From: a virus
DNA length: 64,000 bases
Strand: one strand, 5' to 3'
Virus record (IMG/VR): IMGVR_UViG_3300037826_000057
Coordinates: 1 to 64,000 of that record
The notes below the pieces were generated by a model that worked only from the letters and a program-made list of their open reading frames with translations, searched no databases and was not told where the DNA came from. The position numbers were made by a program, and so were the translations under genes. Below, piece by piece: positions 18,813 to 28,710 of this stretch. Numbering within the stretch: the stretch's first letter is position 1; each line of letters starts with the position of its first letter.

Positions 18813-19529
18813 GTGCAGTATAAAATATATAACAATGATTGTCTAAAAGTATTGGATACATTAGAGGAGCAAAGCTTCGATTTAATAGTTGCTGATTATC
18901 CATTTAAATACTCTGATCATGAGTGGGATTATACTGGAGATAGTTTTAAAGAGTTTCTAAAACAGAGCTTAATAAAATTTAAACCTTTGTTAAAATCAAA
19001 AGCTTCTATGTTTCTAATGTTTGGTTTTGATACGGTAGCTTATGCAAAGGTTTTAGCTGATACTATAGGTTACAATTTAATTAACTGGATAATTTGGAAA
19101 TTTGATACTGGTTATCATCCAACTACTAGATTCAAAAGTAGGAGTTATCATATACTTTGGTTAGGATTCTCAAAATGGAATTTTTACGGTGACAGGGTAA
19201 GGATTGCGCATAAGACAAATGACCCTAGAAACAATCCCAAAGGTGCTATTCCGTCAGATGTGTGGAATGATATTACAGAGGTAAAAAAGAATAGTGAAGA
19301 ATATTGTGGGCACACAGGACAGAAACCTATTGAGTTAATGCAGAGATGTGTATTAGCTACAACAAATCCAGGAGATTTGATACTAGACCCATTTATGGGT
19401 ACAGGTACTACAGGTGTAGTCTGTGCTAAGTGGGATAGAGATTTTATTGGAATCGACATTCAAGAAGAATTTTGCGAAGTTGCTGAAGAGCGCATTGAAA
19501 AAGTATTAATGCAGCCTAGACTATTATAG
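18813..19529 (+). CDS. DNA methyltransferase, beta class, atypical DYPF motif
   Basis: ADYPF, H.GQKP, DPFMGTGTT. Confidence 0.85.
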   Translation: MQYKIYNNDCLKVLDTLEEQSFDLIVADYPFKYSDHEWDYTGDSFKEFLKQSLIKFKPLLKSKASMFLMFGFDTVAYAKVLADTIGYNLINWIIWKFDTGYHPTTRFKSRSYHILWLGFSKWNFYGDRVRIAHKTNDPRNNPKGAIPSDVWNDITEVKKNSEEYCGHTGQKPIELMQRCVLATTNPGDLILDPFMGTGTTGVVCAKWDRDFIGIDIQEEFCEVAEERIEKVLMQPRLL

Positions 19530-19537
19530 GAGATATT

Positions 19538-19969
19538 ATGAAAATTAGATATTGTGATACAGAGGAGAATATTGAATTGCACGGCAATACATTTGATGTA
19601 TATAGTGCAGAGCGTGTAGATGTGCGCCCAAATGAAACTATACAAGTTAGAACTGACTATGAGTATTTAGCGTACAAGAAAGATCATGCAGTTTTTAAAA
19701 GTGCTATTAATAAGCAAGTTATGGATATGCATAGTGGTAGAGGATATTCTAAACTTTTAATCCCGATTAAAAATAACACAGATAGCACAAAACATATTTA
19801 TGAGGGTGATCATCTTGGAACTATTCGTTGGGCTAAGTCTATTGAGTTTACTACAGAGGCCCAATTAGTTGAGCCAGATAGCATTGAACAAGATGAAGTT
19901 GAGCAGGATAACACTAAGCAGGATAATGTTGAGCAGGAAAAGGATAATGTTGAGCAAAACAGCGAATAA
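19538..19969 (+). CDS. Degenerate dUTPase-fold protein
   Basis: FDVYSAE.V.V.P.E...V.T and IKN......IYEGDHLG echo the dUTPase fold; catalytic motifs lost. Confidence 0.5.
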   Translation: MKIRYCDTEENIELHGNTFDVYSAERVDVRPNETIQVRTDYEYLAYKKDHAVFKSAINKQVMDMHSGRGYSKLLIPIKNNTDSTKHIYEGDHLGTIRWAKSIEFTTEAQLVEPDSIEQDEVEQDNTKQDNVEQEKDNVEQNSE

Positions 19970-21656
19970 AATTTTAGAAAGGAAATATCTAAAAGAAGAC
20001 GAAGATTTTGATGCGCTTTGTGCGCGTGTGGCTATGTGTGTATCTGAGGCTGAGGAAACTAAGGCAGAGCAAGATTATTTCTTTTCTAAGTTTTTTCAGT
20101 TAATGCGTAATAGATGGTTCATGCCAGCTGGACGTATTCTGGCAAACGCTGGGACAGAAAATGGGAATTTATATAATTGTGGCGTATTAGGAATTGAGGA
20201 TAGTAGGGAGAGTATTTTTGATACATTGAAGACTTCCGCTGAAGTTTTTGCGCACGGTGGGGGCTTAGGGATTAATTTCAGTCCGTTAAGGGAATACGGC
20301 GCACCAGTATCTACAGGCGCATACGCTTCTGGCCCAGTATCTTTTATGCATATGTTTGATAGAGCTGCTAGTGTTATGAGCCAGACCAGTCGCAGGGGTG
20401 GGTTTTTAGGGGTTTTAGAACCAGACCATCCTGATATTATAAAGTTTATTACTGCTAAGCAAGATGAAGAATCTTTACCACACTTTAATATTTCTGTGGG
20501 CATTACCGATGATTTTATGCAGGCAGTTAAAGAGGATAAAGAATGGAATCTAATTTCAAGATATGATGGTTCTGTTGTGGAGACATTGCCAGCACGCAAC
20601 CTATTTAATAAAATTGCAGAGTGTGCCTGGAATACTGGTGAGCCAGGGATTCTATTCTTAGATAGAATCAACAGGGATAATTCTACCCCGCATTTGGGCG
20701 AGATAAAAAGTACGAATTTGTGTGGGGAAGAACCCCTCTACCCCTACGAAATGTGCGATTTAGGTAGTATCAATTTAGTAAAGATGTTAAGTGAGTCTGA
20801 TGGTGAATTAGTGCTAGATGAAACCAAGCTAGTACACACTACTACTCTTGCATTACGCTTTTTGGATAATGTACACGATGTTACATCACATATTTTGCCA
20901 GAAGTAAAAGAGGTATCTTTGTGCACACGCAAAACTGGCTTGGGAGTTATGGGATTTGCTGATGTGTTAATGCAGCTGGAGATTCCCTATGATTCACAGG
21001 AAGCTAGAGACTTAGCCAGAATGATTTCAACTACTATAAAGAGTACGGCTTATCAAACATCAGCTTTGTTAGCGGATATTAAATCTCCTTACCCCGCTTA
21101 CGATGAAAATAAAAGTCAAAATATTTGGTATGAAAATCGCGCGGTTACACCAACCAGAAATTCACAGATGATGTCATTGGCTCCAACGGGGAGTATAAGC
21201 TTGGCTAGCGAGGTAAATTCAGGTATCGAACCTTATTTTGCTTTGACGTATACCAAGAATGTAACAGAAGGTGAGCACGAAACCAAATACGTGCTTAAAG
21301 AAACTAAAGCAATGCAGTATATAGAAGATTATCTTCGCAGGAATAATGTAGATAATAGTGAGGAAATTCTTGAGAAGATTGCTGAGGCTGGTACAGCCAA
21401 TGTGGAAGGTGCTCCAGAAGAATTATCCGAGATATTTAAGACTGCTCACGAAATTAGTCCAGAAGACCACGTAAGAATGCAAGCAGCTTGGCAAAAAGAT
21501 GTGGATGGGTCAATTAGTAAGACTATCAATATGCCTAATTCAGCCTCTATAAAGGATGTAGAAAGTGCCCTTATGTTGGCCTATGACCTTGATTTAAAGG
21601 GCCTTACAGTGTACAGAGATGCTTGTAGGAAGAAGCAGATTATGGAAAAGTCTTAG
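19948..21656 (+). CDS. nrdJ: Class II (B12-dependent) ribonucleotide reductase
   Basis: PAGRILANAG, NC, TNLCGE, CDLGSINL, APTGSIS, SISKTIN; no beta-subunit gene nearby; likely start MLSKTA. Confidence 0.9.
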
Positions 21657-21686
21657 TTAATATCAAATTTAGAAATTTTTGGTAAA

Positions 21687-21735
21687 GAAAATCCCCGGTT
21701 ACAGGTTTAGGTGGTGCCTGTAGTCGGGGATTTTC
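21687..21735 (+). terminator. Hairpin ending the replication operon
   Basis: GAAAATCCCCGGTTACAGG...CCTGTAGTCGGGGATTTTC. Confidence 0.65.
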
Positions 21736-21845
21736 AGGTGGGTCTGAGGTATATATGAGGTGGGGTTGAGGTTATGTGGAGTTTGCCTGAAAAAAATGAA
21801 AATCTGACCAAAGAATATAAGTAACGAACCTAAGAACACATAAAA

Positions 21846-21876
21846 ATAAAACCCTAACCGTAACGGTTAGGGTTTA
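21846..21876 (-). terminator. Terminator for the minus-strand cluster
   Basis: AAACCCTAACCG-TAA-CGGTTAGGGTTT flanked by an A tract. Confidence 0.65.
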
Positions 21877-21998
21877 GAGTGTTTATTGTTTTAACAATTC
21901 TAATTCTGTTGATATTAATATACCTGCTAGAAGAGCAATTGCTCTTCTGGTATATATTTTATGTAAGTTACCGTGATTTTTAGTTAGCGTTACACCTT

Positions 21999-22428
21999 CT
22001 ATTTTCCCAAACATTTATACCCCCCTTTAACTTGTTTAGTTAATTTTAATTTTTCGCAGCATATGGTTCCCTTTGACAAAGACCAGTATCTTGGTAAGTT
22101 TTTGATTATACCATTTTGTAATGAAAAGATGTGTAAAGGTGTCTTAGGTGGTGGTGAAATTTTTTCAGCCTGTGCTTCCCACAACTGAAGATATGCCGTA
22201 TCGTAAGTACACCGATAATAATCTATTGCGTCTTGCAGGTTGGAAAATGCAAAAAGACCATATCCCTTTTCTTTTAACCATTCTGGTGGCTGTACCCATT
22301 CTCCAGGTTTGTATTGTACTTGAGCTGATATTTTGACTGTACTGGACATCAGGTACCAGTACAATAGAATGTGAAGAACTGCTATTTGTTGCAAACCCGT
22401 AACTAATTTTAGTTATTCTTCCAAACAT
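21999..22428 (-). pseudogene. Chimeric or frameshifted ORF pair (GFATNSSSS N-terminus; YKPGEW-type C-terminus in another frame)
   Basis: SD-led 22428 ORF and the overlapping 21999-22394 ORF each look only half protein-like. Confidence 0.45.
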
Positions 22429-22703
22429 TTTACCTCCTCTACGACATTATTAGCACACTTTATACATGTAACCGTGCAATCATGTCCACCTTGATTATAT
22501 GCTACAACTACAGCATCGTATATTCTGTAGGTTTTAACTTCATCAGGATATGTTGCAATTGCTTCAACCGTATGGTAATGTTCGCAAGAACTAAAAGCAA
22601 ACCTAGTTACGTAATTAAATACTATTTTGCATTCTTCACCTAACGCTACGTGGTTAGCTTCTATTTCTTGTTCCTTTTGTTTTAGTTGTTTTCCTGTCAG
22701 CAT
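22413..22703 (-). CDS. Hypothetical protein
   Basis: SD GGAGG. Confidence 0.65.
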   Translation of the reverse strand: MLTGKQLKQKEQEIEANHVALGEECKIVFNYVTRFAFSSCEHYHTVEAIATYPDEVKTYRIYDAVVVAYNQGGHDCTVTCIKCANNVVEEVKCLEE

Positions 22704-22885
22704 TTTTTACCTCCTGTTTAATTTGGTATATGGAGTGGAAAATTCCTTTTACTACTAAATGTGTTTTTCCGATTTCTACCTGTTCACAAGGCGCTATTAC
22801 CCTGAAGTGGTAGTCAGCCAATGTTCTTAGGTCTTCCCAGGTATGCTTACCATTTCTAATTCTTTCCAGCCTATCAAAAATAGTT

Positions 22886-23137
22886 TTACCAACCATTTAA
22901 CCACACCCTGCACCAGCACTTGGTGCAATAATACTGACCGTTTAGCTCTAATACCATATCTGGAAAGTCTATTTCATACCAGGGAAGGCGTAATACAACT
23001 GGCAAATGTTTTCCAACTGTATGCTCACAACCACGTACTATGTTTGGAAACGTATATATTGCAGAACAATCCTTACAAAAGGTGAAATGTTCTGCAAACC
23101 TGGTTACATTTTCAGAGTTGCAAAATATACAAGACAT
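22886..23137 (-). CDS. Cys-rich Zn-finger protein
   Basis: CIFC, CKDC, CEH, CTKC. Confidence 0.65.
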   Translation of the reverse strand: MSCIFCNSENVTRFAEHFTFCKDCSAIYTFPNIVRGCEHTVGKHLPVVLRLPWYEIDFPDMVLELNGQYYCTKCWCRVWLNGW

Positions 23138-23172
23138 GTTGACTCCTTATAATTCTAATATATTCTATTGGG

Positions 23173-24003
23173 TTAATATAGAATATTTTGAGGGTTCTCT
23201 GCTTTTTCGTGAAATTCTTTTATGTCGTCTGGTAACTTTGTATTTTTTATGAAATCTACAACACCATAGAAGCTACGTCTTTTGCAACTGGTTTTAACTG
23301 TATGTATAAATTCTCCTGGTCTTCGTAGCAACCACTCAAGAGCAGCCCAGAAGAATTCTCGCCCGTAAGAATGAAGGTATGTATTTTCACCTAATGCAGC
23401 ATATAGATTGCTGCATTTTAGTGAATCCTTCCATTGGTATCTTACATTTCTGATTTTATAATGCCCGCCTTTTACCAGGTTGTAATCTAACAACCTCGGT
23501 ATTAAGAGTATCATCGAAGTAATGGGTTCATATTCTAAATACCAGGCATTATTTAGTCGCATTTTACCATACACCTGACCTGAAAATCTCGTTTGAAACC
23601 CCTTTTTCACTTTTGCTTCTTCGGTATCAAGTGAAAAATAGTCAAGAAAGATACGGTTAGGAAACTTTAACGCTTGATATGTTTTCATATTTAATGCTCT
23701 AATTATACGATCAAGTAGTCTGTTATACTTTTTATAAAAGAACATGTTTCTAGGTATTTCAAAATTTAATAATTTTCTAGTTTGTTGCCATGTACCTGAT
23801 TGTCTACGCATTAACCCAATCAGTTCTACATTTGGATTTTCTAGGTAGTTCCAGGTATCCCTAAACACCCTACTTAATTCTTCTCGACAGGTACTAGAGA
23901 AGTATAACGTAGTATTTTCATTGGTTTCAATGATGTGGGAGCAGGGGAAAATTATAGTACCATTTCTTTCTGGGTATTTATCTACTTTTGTGGTCAAGTA
24001 CAT
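23173..24003 (-). CDS. Unknown protein, paralog of 24018-24872
   Basis: Shared CRE, PITS...L.PRL, TYL...G...FW...EWL motifs. Confidence 0.75.
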   Translation of the reverse strand: MYLTTKVDKYPERNGTIIFPCSHIIETNENTTLYFSSTCREELSRVFRDTWNYLENPNVELIGLMRRQSGTWQQTRKLLNFEIPRNMFFYKKYNRLLDRIIRALNMKTYQALKFPNRIFLDYFSLDTEEAKVKKGFQTRFSGQVYGKMRLNNAWYLEYEPITSMILLIPRLLDYNLVKGGHYKIRNVRYQWKDSLKCSNLYAALGENTYLHSYGREFFWAALEWLLRRPGEFIHTVKTSCKRRSFYGVVDFIKNTKLPDDIKEFHEKAENPQNILY

Positions 24004-24017
24004 ATTATATTACCTCC

Positions 24018-24872
24018 TTAATAAGAGAGTAGGTTGAATGGGTGGTCATCGCTTAGCAACCGCATCCAATCTAAGCAGGTCGATGGTATTTTGCCTTTTT
24101 CTTTGGCCCAACCCATAAAAGATTCTACCCCATCTATTTTGCTTTTGTTTTGAGCTTCTTCTATTCTATCAAGAAGAAGTTTGGGATCGTGCATTAACCA
24201 CTCTGTGAACCCCCAAAAATTCTTCTTACCGAAGTAGTTCAGGTAAGTGGTGCTAGCTAATTTTGAAAACCAATTTGTACAATGGAAATTATAGTTCTTA
24301 TGAAAATAGCGCATTTGCGCTGAAGAGCCATATCTTATTCCTGTATTTACTAATCTGGGAAGTAATGTTAAGTACGACGTAATTGGTTTATACTTTAGAA
24401 ATTGAGATGGTACTTGGATTTCCCCATACCAAGTACCTGTTCTGAGTCTTTTTGTGTGGGATGTAACCCAGGCCCATTTATATACAGGTTCAACTTCCCA
24501 ACCGAATTTATGTGCTTCTAAATTAAATTCATGTTGTTGAGCTAAAAGAGGGGGACATAGGCGCATTTCTGTTAAGGTATAAATAATATGTGAATAAAAT
24601 CTAGAGAACTGGTCTAGTAAAGTCTTGGTTCTTTTTGATTTATTCTCTATAGGGTTACGGTAAGATGGCCCGAAATTGCGTAAAAGACCATATATTTTTA
24701 CATCCTGAGCTGGTAACTGCGATGCCCATTCTTTGAAAGCATAGGAATTAGTTTCCCTACAAGATGCCAAATGGTGCAAAACCCATTTGTCTTTGTAGCG
24801 TGAAAAATACTTGTTATCTCGGTTGAAGTTTGCTTGTGTATAGTTTGTAATTCCTAACATAATGACCCCCAA
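24018..24872 (-). CDS. Unknown protein, paralog of 23173-24003
   Basis: Same shared motifs. Confidence 0.75.
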   Translation of the reverse strand: MGVIMLGITNYTQANFNRDNKYFSRYKDKWVLHHLASCRETNSYAFKEWASQLPAQDVKIYGLLRNFGPSYRNPIENKSKRTKTLLDQFSRFYSHIIYTLTEMRLCPPLLAQQHEFNLEAHKFGWEVEPVYKWAWVTSHTKRLRTGTWYGEIQVPSQFLKYKPITSYLTLLPRLVNTGIRYGSSAQMRYFHKNYNFHCTNWFSKLASTTYLNYFGKKNFWGFTEWLMHDPKLLLDRIEEAQNKSKIDGVESFMGWAKEKGKIPSTCLDWMRLLSDDHPFNLLSY

Positions 24873-24938
24873 TTTGTAAGGGGTGTGAGCGGTTACTCAC
24901 ACCCCAATTTAATTCACCAACTTAATCCACAGGTTAAT

Positions 24939-25757
24939 TCACAAACTCCAGTTTTCCCGCCAGTTACCTTTCGGTCTGGTGGGAATTTCAAACCCAACCA
25001 GTTTGGCAACCATTTGCAAAACCTCTTTGACTTGGTTGGGTTCTCTCGTGACCAAAGTATTGATTAAAACTTCTTGTGGAATATATTCCACAAGAATATC
25101 ATAGGTATCCTCATTGTAGCATTCTTGTGCCAATTTGAATACCAGTTTGGTCGTTTGCGGTGCCCGGTAATATACATTACTTGGAGTTCTGTATTCAACT
25201 CCAAAGGGTTGGCGGCGGTAGATTCCGGGTTTACCATATACTCCAGCGCGTTTTATACCCTCTTCACCAGAGAGGTATGTGTCCAGCAATCCAACTGTAT
25301 AATCTAGAGCTTTAATGGGTTTTTCCTGGAACGGTGCTCCCAGGTGAATATGCCCACCAAAGTATCGGTATGGATGTTGAGACGCATCCATATTACTTGG
25401 GTCTTGGTCGCGTCCCCAAACCGATAGGTCTGGGTCACAACCAAAGATAGCTGCACGCTCATCCACTTCACACCACTCTAGATCAAATGGTGTGCTGGGT
25501 ATCATTTTGATGGGTTTCTCCAGCACATGTTCTAGCTCATGCATATAGCCAAACATTTCTCTTAAATTATTAACCATATTTGCTACTGTTTTTGCCGGTT
25601 GTACGTTCAGTTCCAGTGCGGCACCATCGGGAAAGAAGCGACCACACCCAATAGCTAGGTTGGTCTCCAATTCTGCCTCTTGCATAGCCATTTTAGCTGG
25701 GTAACAGGTTCCATTTTCGACTACTGGAAATTCTGGATCGCATCCTAAGGTAATCAT
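24939..25757 (-). CDS. phiEco32-like COOH-NH2 ligase type 2
   Basis: TLGCDPEF, DGAALELN, FGCDPD, GGHIHLG, YGKPG.YR.QPFGVEYRTPSN. Confidence 0.92.
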   Translation of the reverse strand: MITLGCDPEFPVVENGTCYPAKMAMQEAELETNLAIGCGRFFPDGAALELNVQPAKTVANMVNNLREMFGYMHELEHVLEKPIKMIPSTPFDLEWCEVDERAAIFGCDPDLSVWGRDQDPSNMDASQHPYRYFGGHIHLGAPFQEKPIKALDYTVGLLDTYLSGEEGIKRAGVYGKPGIYRRQPFGVEYRTPSNVYYRAPQTTKLVFKLAQECYNEDTYDILVEYIPQEVLINTLVTREPNQVKEVLQMVAKLVGFEIPTRPKGNWRENWSL

Positions 25758-26161
25758 GATAGTATTTCCTCCTTATTCTGGTAGATTGGGCATTCGTTTG
25801 TATATTCACAGTACCCACATTCACTCTCCAGGTACCGCCTCTTGTAACTTTCGCAGAAGAGACGGTCAAACTTTCTGCAGTAATTTCCTTCTATCTCCTC
25901 TAGTTTATTACCGCAGTAGCAATATGCTTGCAGATATTGCTTTTGCGGTGGATATTGTATCTCAAACCCGCAGGATGGGCACCTGACTACCGGCTTGGTA
26001 CTGCGTACTGGTTCACTCGCATTTACATTCTGCGACAGGATTTGGGGGGTTACCCCATCATTCGTGACGGTAACTCTAACTTGTCCTGTCACCTCAAGCA
26101 TGATGGTTCCCTGGGCTTTTGAAAACTTGTAACTGCAATTTGGACATGTTACTTCAATCAT
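25754..26161 (-). CDS. Multi-Zn-ribbon protein
   Basis: CPNC, CPSC, CYC, CGYC. Confidence 0.7.
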   Translation of the reverse strand: MIEVTCPNCSYKFSKAQGTIMLEVTGQVRVTVTNDGVTPQILSQNVNASEPVRSTKPVVRCPSCGFEIQYPPQKQYLQAYCYCGNKLEEIEGNYCRKFDRLFCESYKRRYLESECGYCEYTNECPIYQNKEEILS

Positions 26162-26170
26162 GTTACCTCC

Positions 26171-26524
26171 CTATCTAAATGTCTTGTTCTTTTTTGTAGA
26201 AGTCACCCACTCAAGAGAAACTCTCACGTTCAATATGTTTGAATACCTCCTTTCCCACTTGTTTTTTATACGTTCGGATTTCTGACCATTCAAAAACCCC
26301 CTCACTTGGTTTGTTCCGATTGCAGCCCATTTTATTACCCTGAAAGGCTTACATTGATTCCAGGGTTTTGTTTCAAAGATTAGAAAAATTGGTCTTTCCT
26401 GTTTTTCTGCAGCTTTACAAATATAAGGTATCTGAGACATTTTGCTGATACCAGCAGTTAAACTTTGTCCGGTGTTACGGATTTGTGCTCCGAATTGAAT
26501 AAATTTTGTTATATCTATTCCCAT
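26171..26524 (-). CDS. Hypothetical basic protein
   Basis: In operon. Confidence 0.55.
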   Translation of the reverse strand: MGIDITKFIQFGAQIRNTGQSLTAGISKMSQIPYICKAAEKQERPIFLIFETKPWNQCKPFRVIKWAAIGTNQVRGFLNGQKSERIKNKWERRYSNILNVRVSLEWVTSTKKNKTFR

Positions 26525-26532
26525 TTTAACCC

Positions 26533-27198
26533 TTACTCAATTTCAAAGTATTTCTTTATTACGGTTACCCCGTGTGGAGAAAATTTAGCCTTTTTGGCTA
26601 ATTCAAATATATACGGGTCTTTTTGCGACAGCATAATAAGAAATCGTAATTTAATCTCTTTGTCGTTTATATCATTTTCCTTTAACATCCAGGAGTATTC
26701 TGAGACCAACAAGGAAAATAATTGGGGGAAAACTACATCCGATGTGTAACGGATTTCATCCCCTACGAGAAACCCGAAAGGTTGAGAATTTTCCAGGGTT
26801 TGTGTGGCCATTTCTAGAATAGTCTGTTCCAGAGTGTATCTTACTGCTGGCACAGTGGGTATATCGGTATTTTCTGAAACCTCCCAAAGGAGATTATGGT
26901 CATCTCCTTCAATTCCCATTAACTGGCCATCCGTATTAATAGTAATTTTTTTAGGTAATTCTTTAGCAAGGTCTTTTCTACCCTGCATAAATTCCTTTGC
27001 CCAGTTAACTTTCGCATTGGAAGTATAGCATACCTGGTTGGGCCTTTCTGGGTCTAAGATCAAACCTGGGCAGTGGTTTACAAAGCTGGGGTAGAATTCA
27101 TCGTTAAGCTCGTATTCACCGGCTAATACGAAGAGACCGTCTGTGCCGGTGTATTTTCCTTTTTCAGCTCTGGCTGAGTGTAGTTGTCTATAGATCAT
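26533..27198 (-). CDS. Hypothetical protein
   Basis: Coupled to the RuvB-like gene. Confidence 0.7.
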   Translation of the reverse strand: MIYRQLHSARAEKGKYTGTDGLFVLAGEYELNDEFYPSFVNHCPGLILDPERPNQVCYTSNAKVNWAKEFMQGRKDLAKELPKKITINTDGQLMGIEGDDHNLLWEVSENTDIPTVPAVRYTLEQTILEMATQTLENSQPFGFLVGDEIRYTSDVVFPQLFSLLVSEYSWMLKENDINDKEIKLRFLIMLSQKDPYIFELAKKAKFSPHGVTVIKKYFEIE

Positions 27199-27944
27199 AT
27201 TACCTCCCTACCATTACCTGTGATTTTGACTAACCCAGATTTTTGCAGGAACCTTTCACGCTCTTGCAATTCTCTGGGTGTAACCGATAAGATGTTTGAA
27301 AGTGTCTTCTTACTACAAGCACCGCTCTCTAATGTACTCAGGTACAAACGGTCTAAATTATCTAGACCATTCTCATCTACTTGCAGATACTCCTCCAAGA
27401 TTTTTGCTACATTCCCAGGTGATTCTGGATAATTTTTATAGTCCATAATCGCGGTTACCTCTTCCGCTAATTTCACACCTCTGCGTGGTATACCTTTGCA
27501 CCTGGGGGCGATTATATCGGTTGATGCCTTTTTAAGGTCAGTGTGTACACCGATAATTTGAGATAGTTCTGTTTCAGTGTACCCACCAAGACGAATTTGG
27601 TAGGTACGACTGCGCATTGGTGCTGGTAGTTTTGCACTCATATTAGACACAAATACAAAACTTCGGTCATTCATTAGTGGATAAAACTGTTCAAAATTTC
27701 TTATGGTATGGGCTTCATCTATTACTGTCAGGTGTGCTGACGGTAAATTATTTATGGGTGGCAGTAAGTAAGCATACATTGCTATGCATGCTACCACAAA
27801 TAAAGCTAAAGCAGTTTTACCCATTCCATAATGCCCCTTTAGAAGAATGTTGACCGGATGGTCAAAACTCTTCTCCAGCAACGCCTGCATTCTGGTCTTC
27901 TGCTTTTCCTGCCCAATATAATTACTGGGGGGATTCATACTCAA
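27195..27944 (-). CDS. RuvB-like AAA+ ATPase, shortened
   Basis: YIGQ, GHYGMGKT, IDEAH, P.PMRSR, GIPR, C-terminal GLD..D..YL...E.FL...GL...T..GR. Confidence 0.85.
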   Translation of the reverse strand: MSMNPPSNYIGQEKQKTRMQALLEKSFDHPVNILLKGHYGMGKTALALFVVACIAMYAYLLPPINNLPSAHLTVIDEAHTIRNFEQFYPLMNDRSFVFVSNMSAKLPAPMRSRTYQIRLGGYTETELSQIIGVHTDLKKASTDIIAPRCKGIPRRGVKLAEEVTAIMDYKNYPESPGNVAKILEEYLQVDENGLDNLDRLYLSTLESGACSKKTLSNILSVTPRELQERERFLQKSGLVKITGNGREVI

Positions 27945-28710
27945 TTACCCCTTCTGCGTTAAGTTCCTGAAGGTGTTTAGCAAATAAATCTGTATAATAA
28001 GTCACGGTCTTGCTATTTAGAGCTGGCCCCGTGTTTACCTCAAAGACCAAAACCTCACCTTGTCTGTTTCTAGCTATATCTACCCCGCCGTAAATTAAAC
28101 CAAGTGCTTCAACCGCTTTTACAGCGGTCTCTGCGCATTTTGGGTAATATTTTTCTAGGTTCACTCTCTTGTATCCCCACCCGAATTTTGAGGTTCGGAT
28201 TTTTTTATGTGCGTCATCCTCTCTGGGTACTTTTCTAAAGCCCTTTACGGCTTCACCGTTTACCACGTGTACCCTTAGTTCTCTATCGGCCTCAAAAAAG
28301 GACAGGAAATATTTGCACCCGCTTTCTCTTGCTTCAGCAGGTGCTTCTACGATTTTAATATCTGCACCTGCTTTATGGTTGATCCTTCCCCGCCCAACCA
28401 GCGGGTATAAGCTTTCATCTTGAGGTGGAATGTGGTATACCTCTGCAACTGGTATACCATTTTCCCCCATAACTTCGACAGCGCGGTGCCCACGTACTGC
28501 CAATCTAATACTGCTTCTTGGTTGCAAGGCAAAGTCGTTTTGTGCATACGTCGAGCTTCCCCACCGCACCACAACCTTGTTATTTTCTGGTGTCTTGGTA
28601 TACCCAATTCCTAGGTTTCTTGCAATTTGTTTTGCAGTTTTGGACGTTGTGCGGTGATACAACACCTTTAAGTTTCTATTTGTTTGGGGGTAAAATCTAT
28701 TATATATCAT
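27922..28710 (-). CDS. ATP-grasp (RimK-like) ligase
   Basis: VRWGS, ELRVHV, KIR, LGL.YGGVDI, FEVNTGP. Confidence 0.9.
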   Translation of the reverse strand: MIYNRFYPQTNRNLKVLYHRTTSKTAKQIARNLGIGYTKTPENNKVVVRWGSSTYAQNDFALQPRSSIRLAVRGHRAVEVMGENGIPVAEVYHIPPQDESLYPLVGRGRINHKAGADIKIVEAPAEARESGCKYFLSFFEADRELRVHVVNGEAVKGFRKVPREDDAHKKIRTSKFGWGYKRVNLEKYYPKCAETAVKAVEALGLIYGGVDIARNRQGEVLVFEVNTGPALNSKTVTYYTDLFAKHLQELNAEGVIEYESPQ

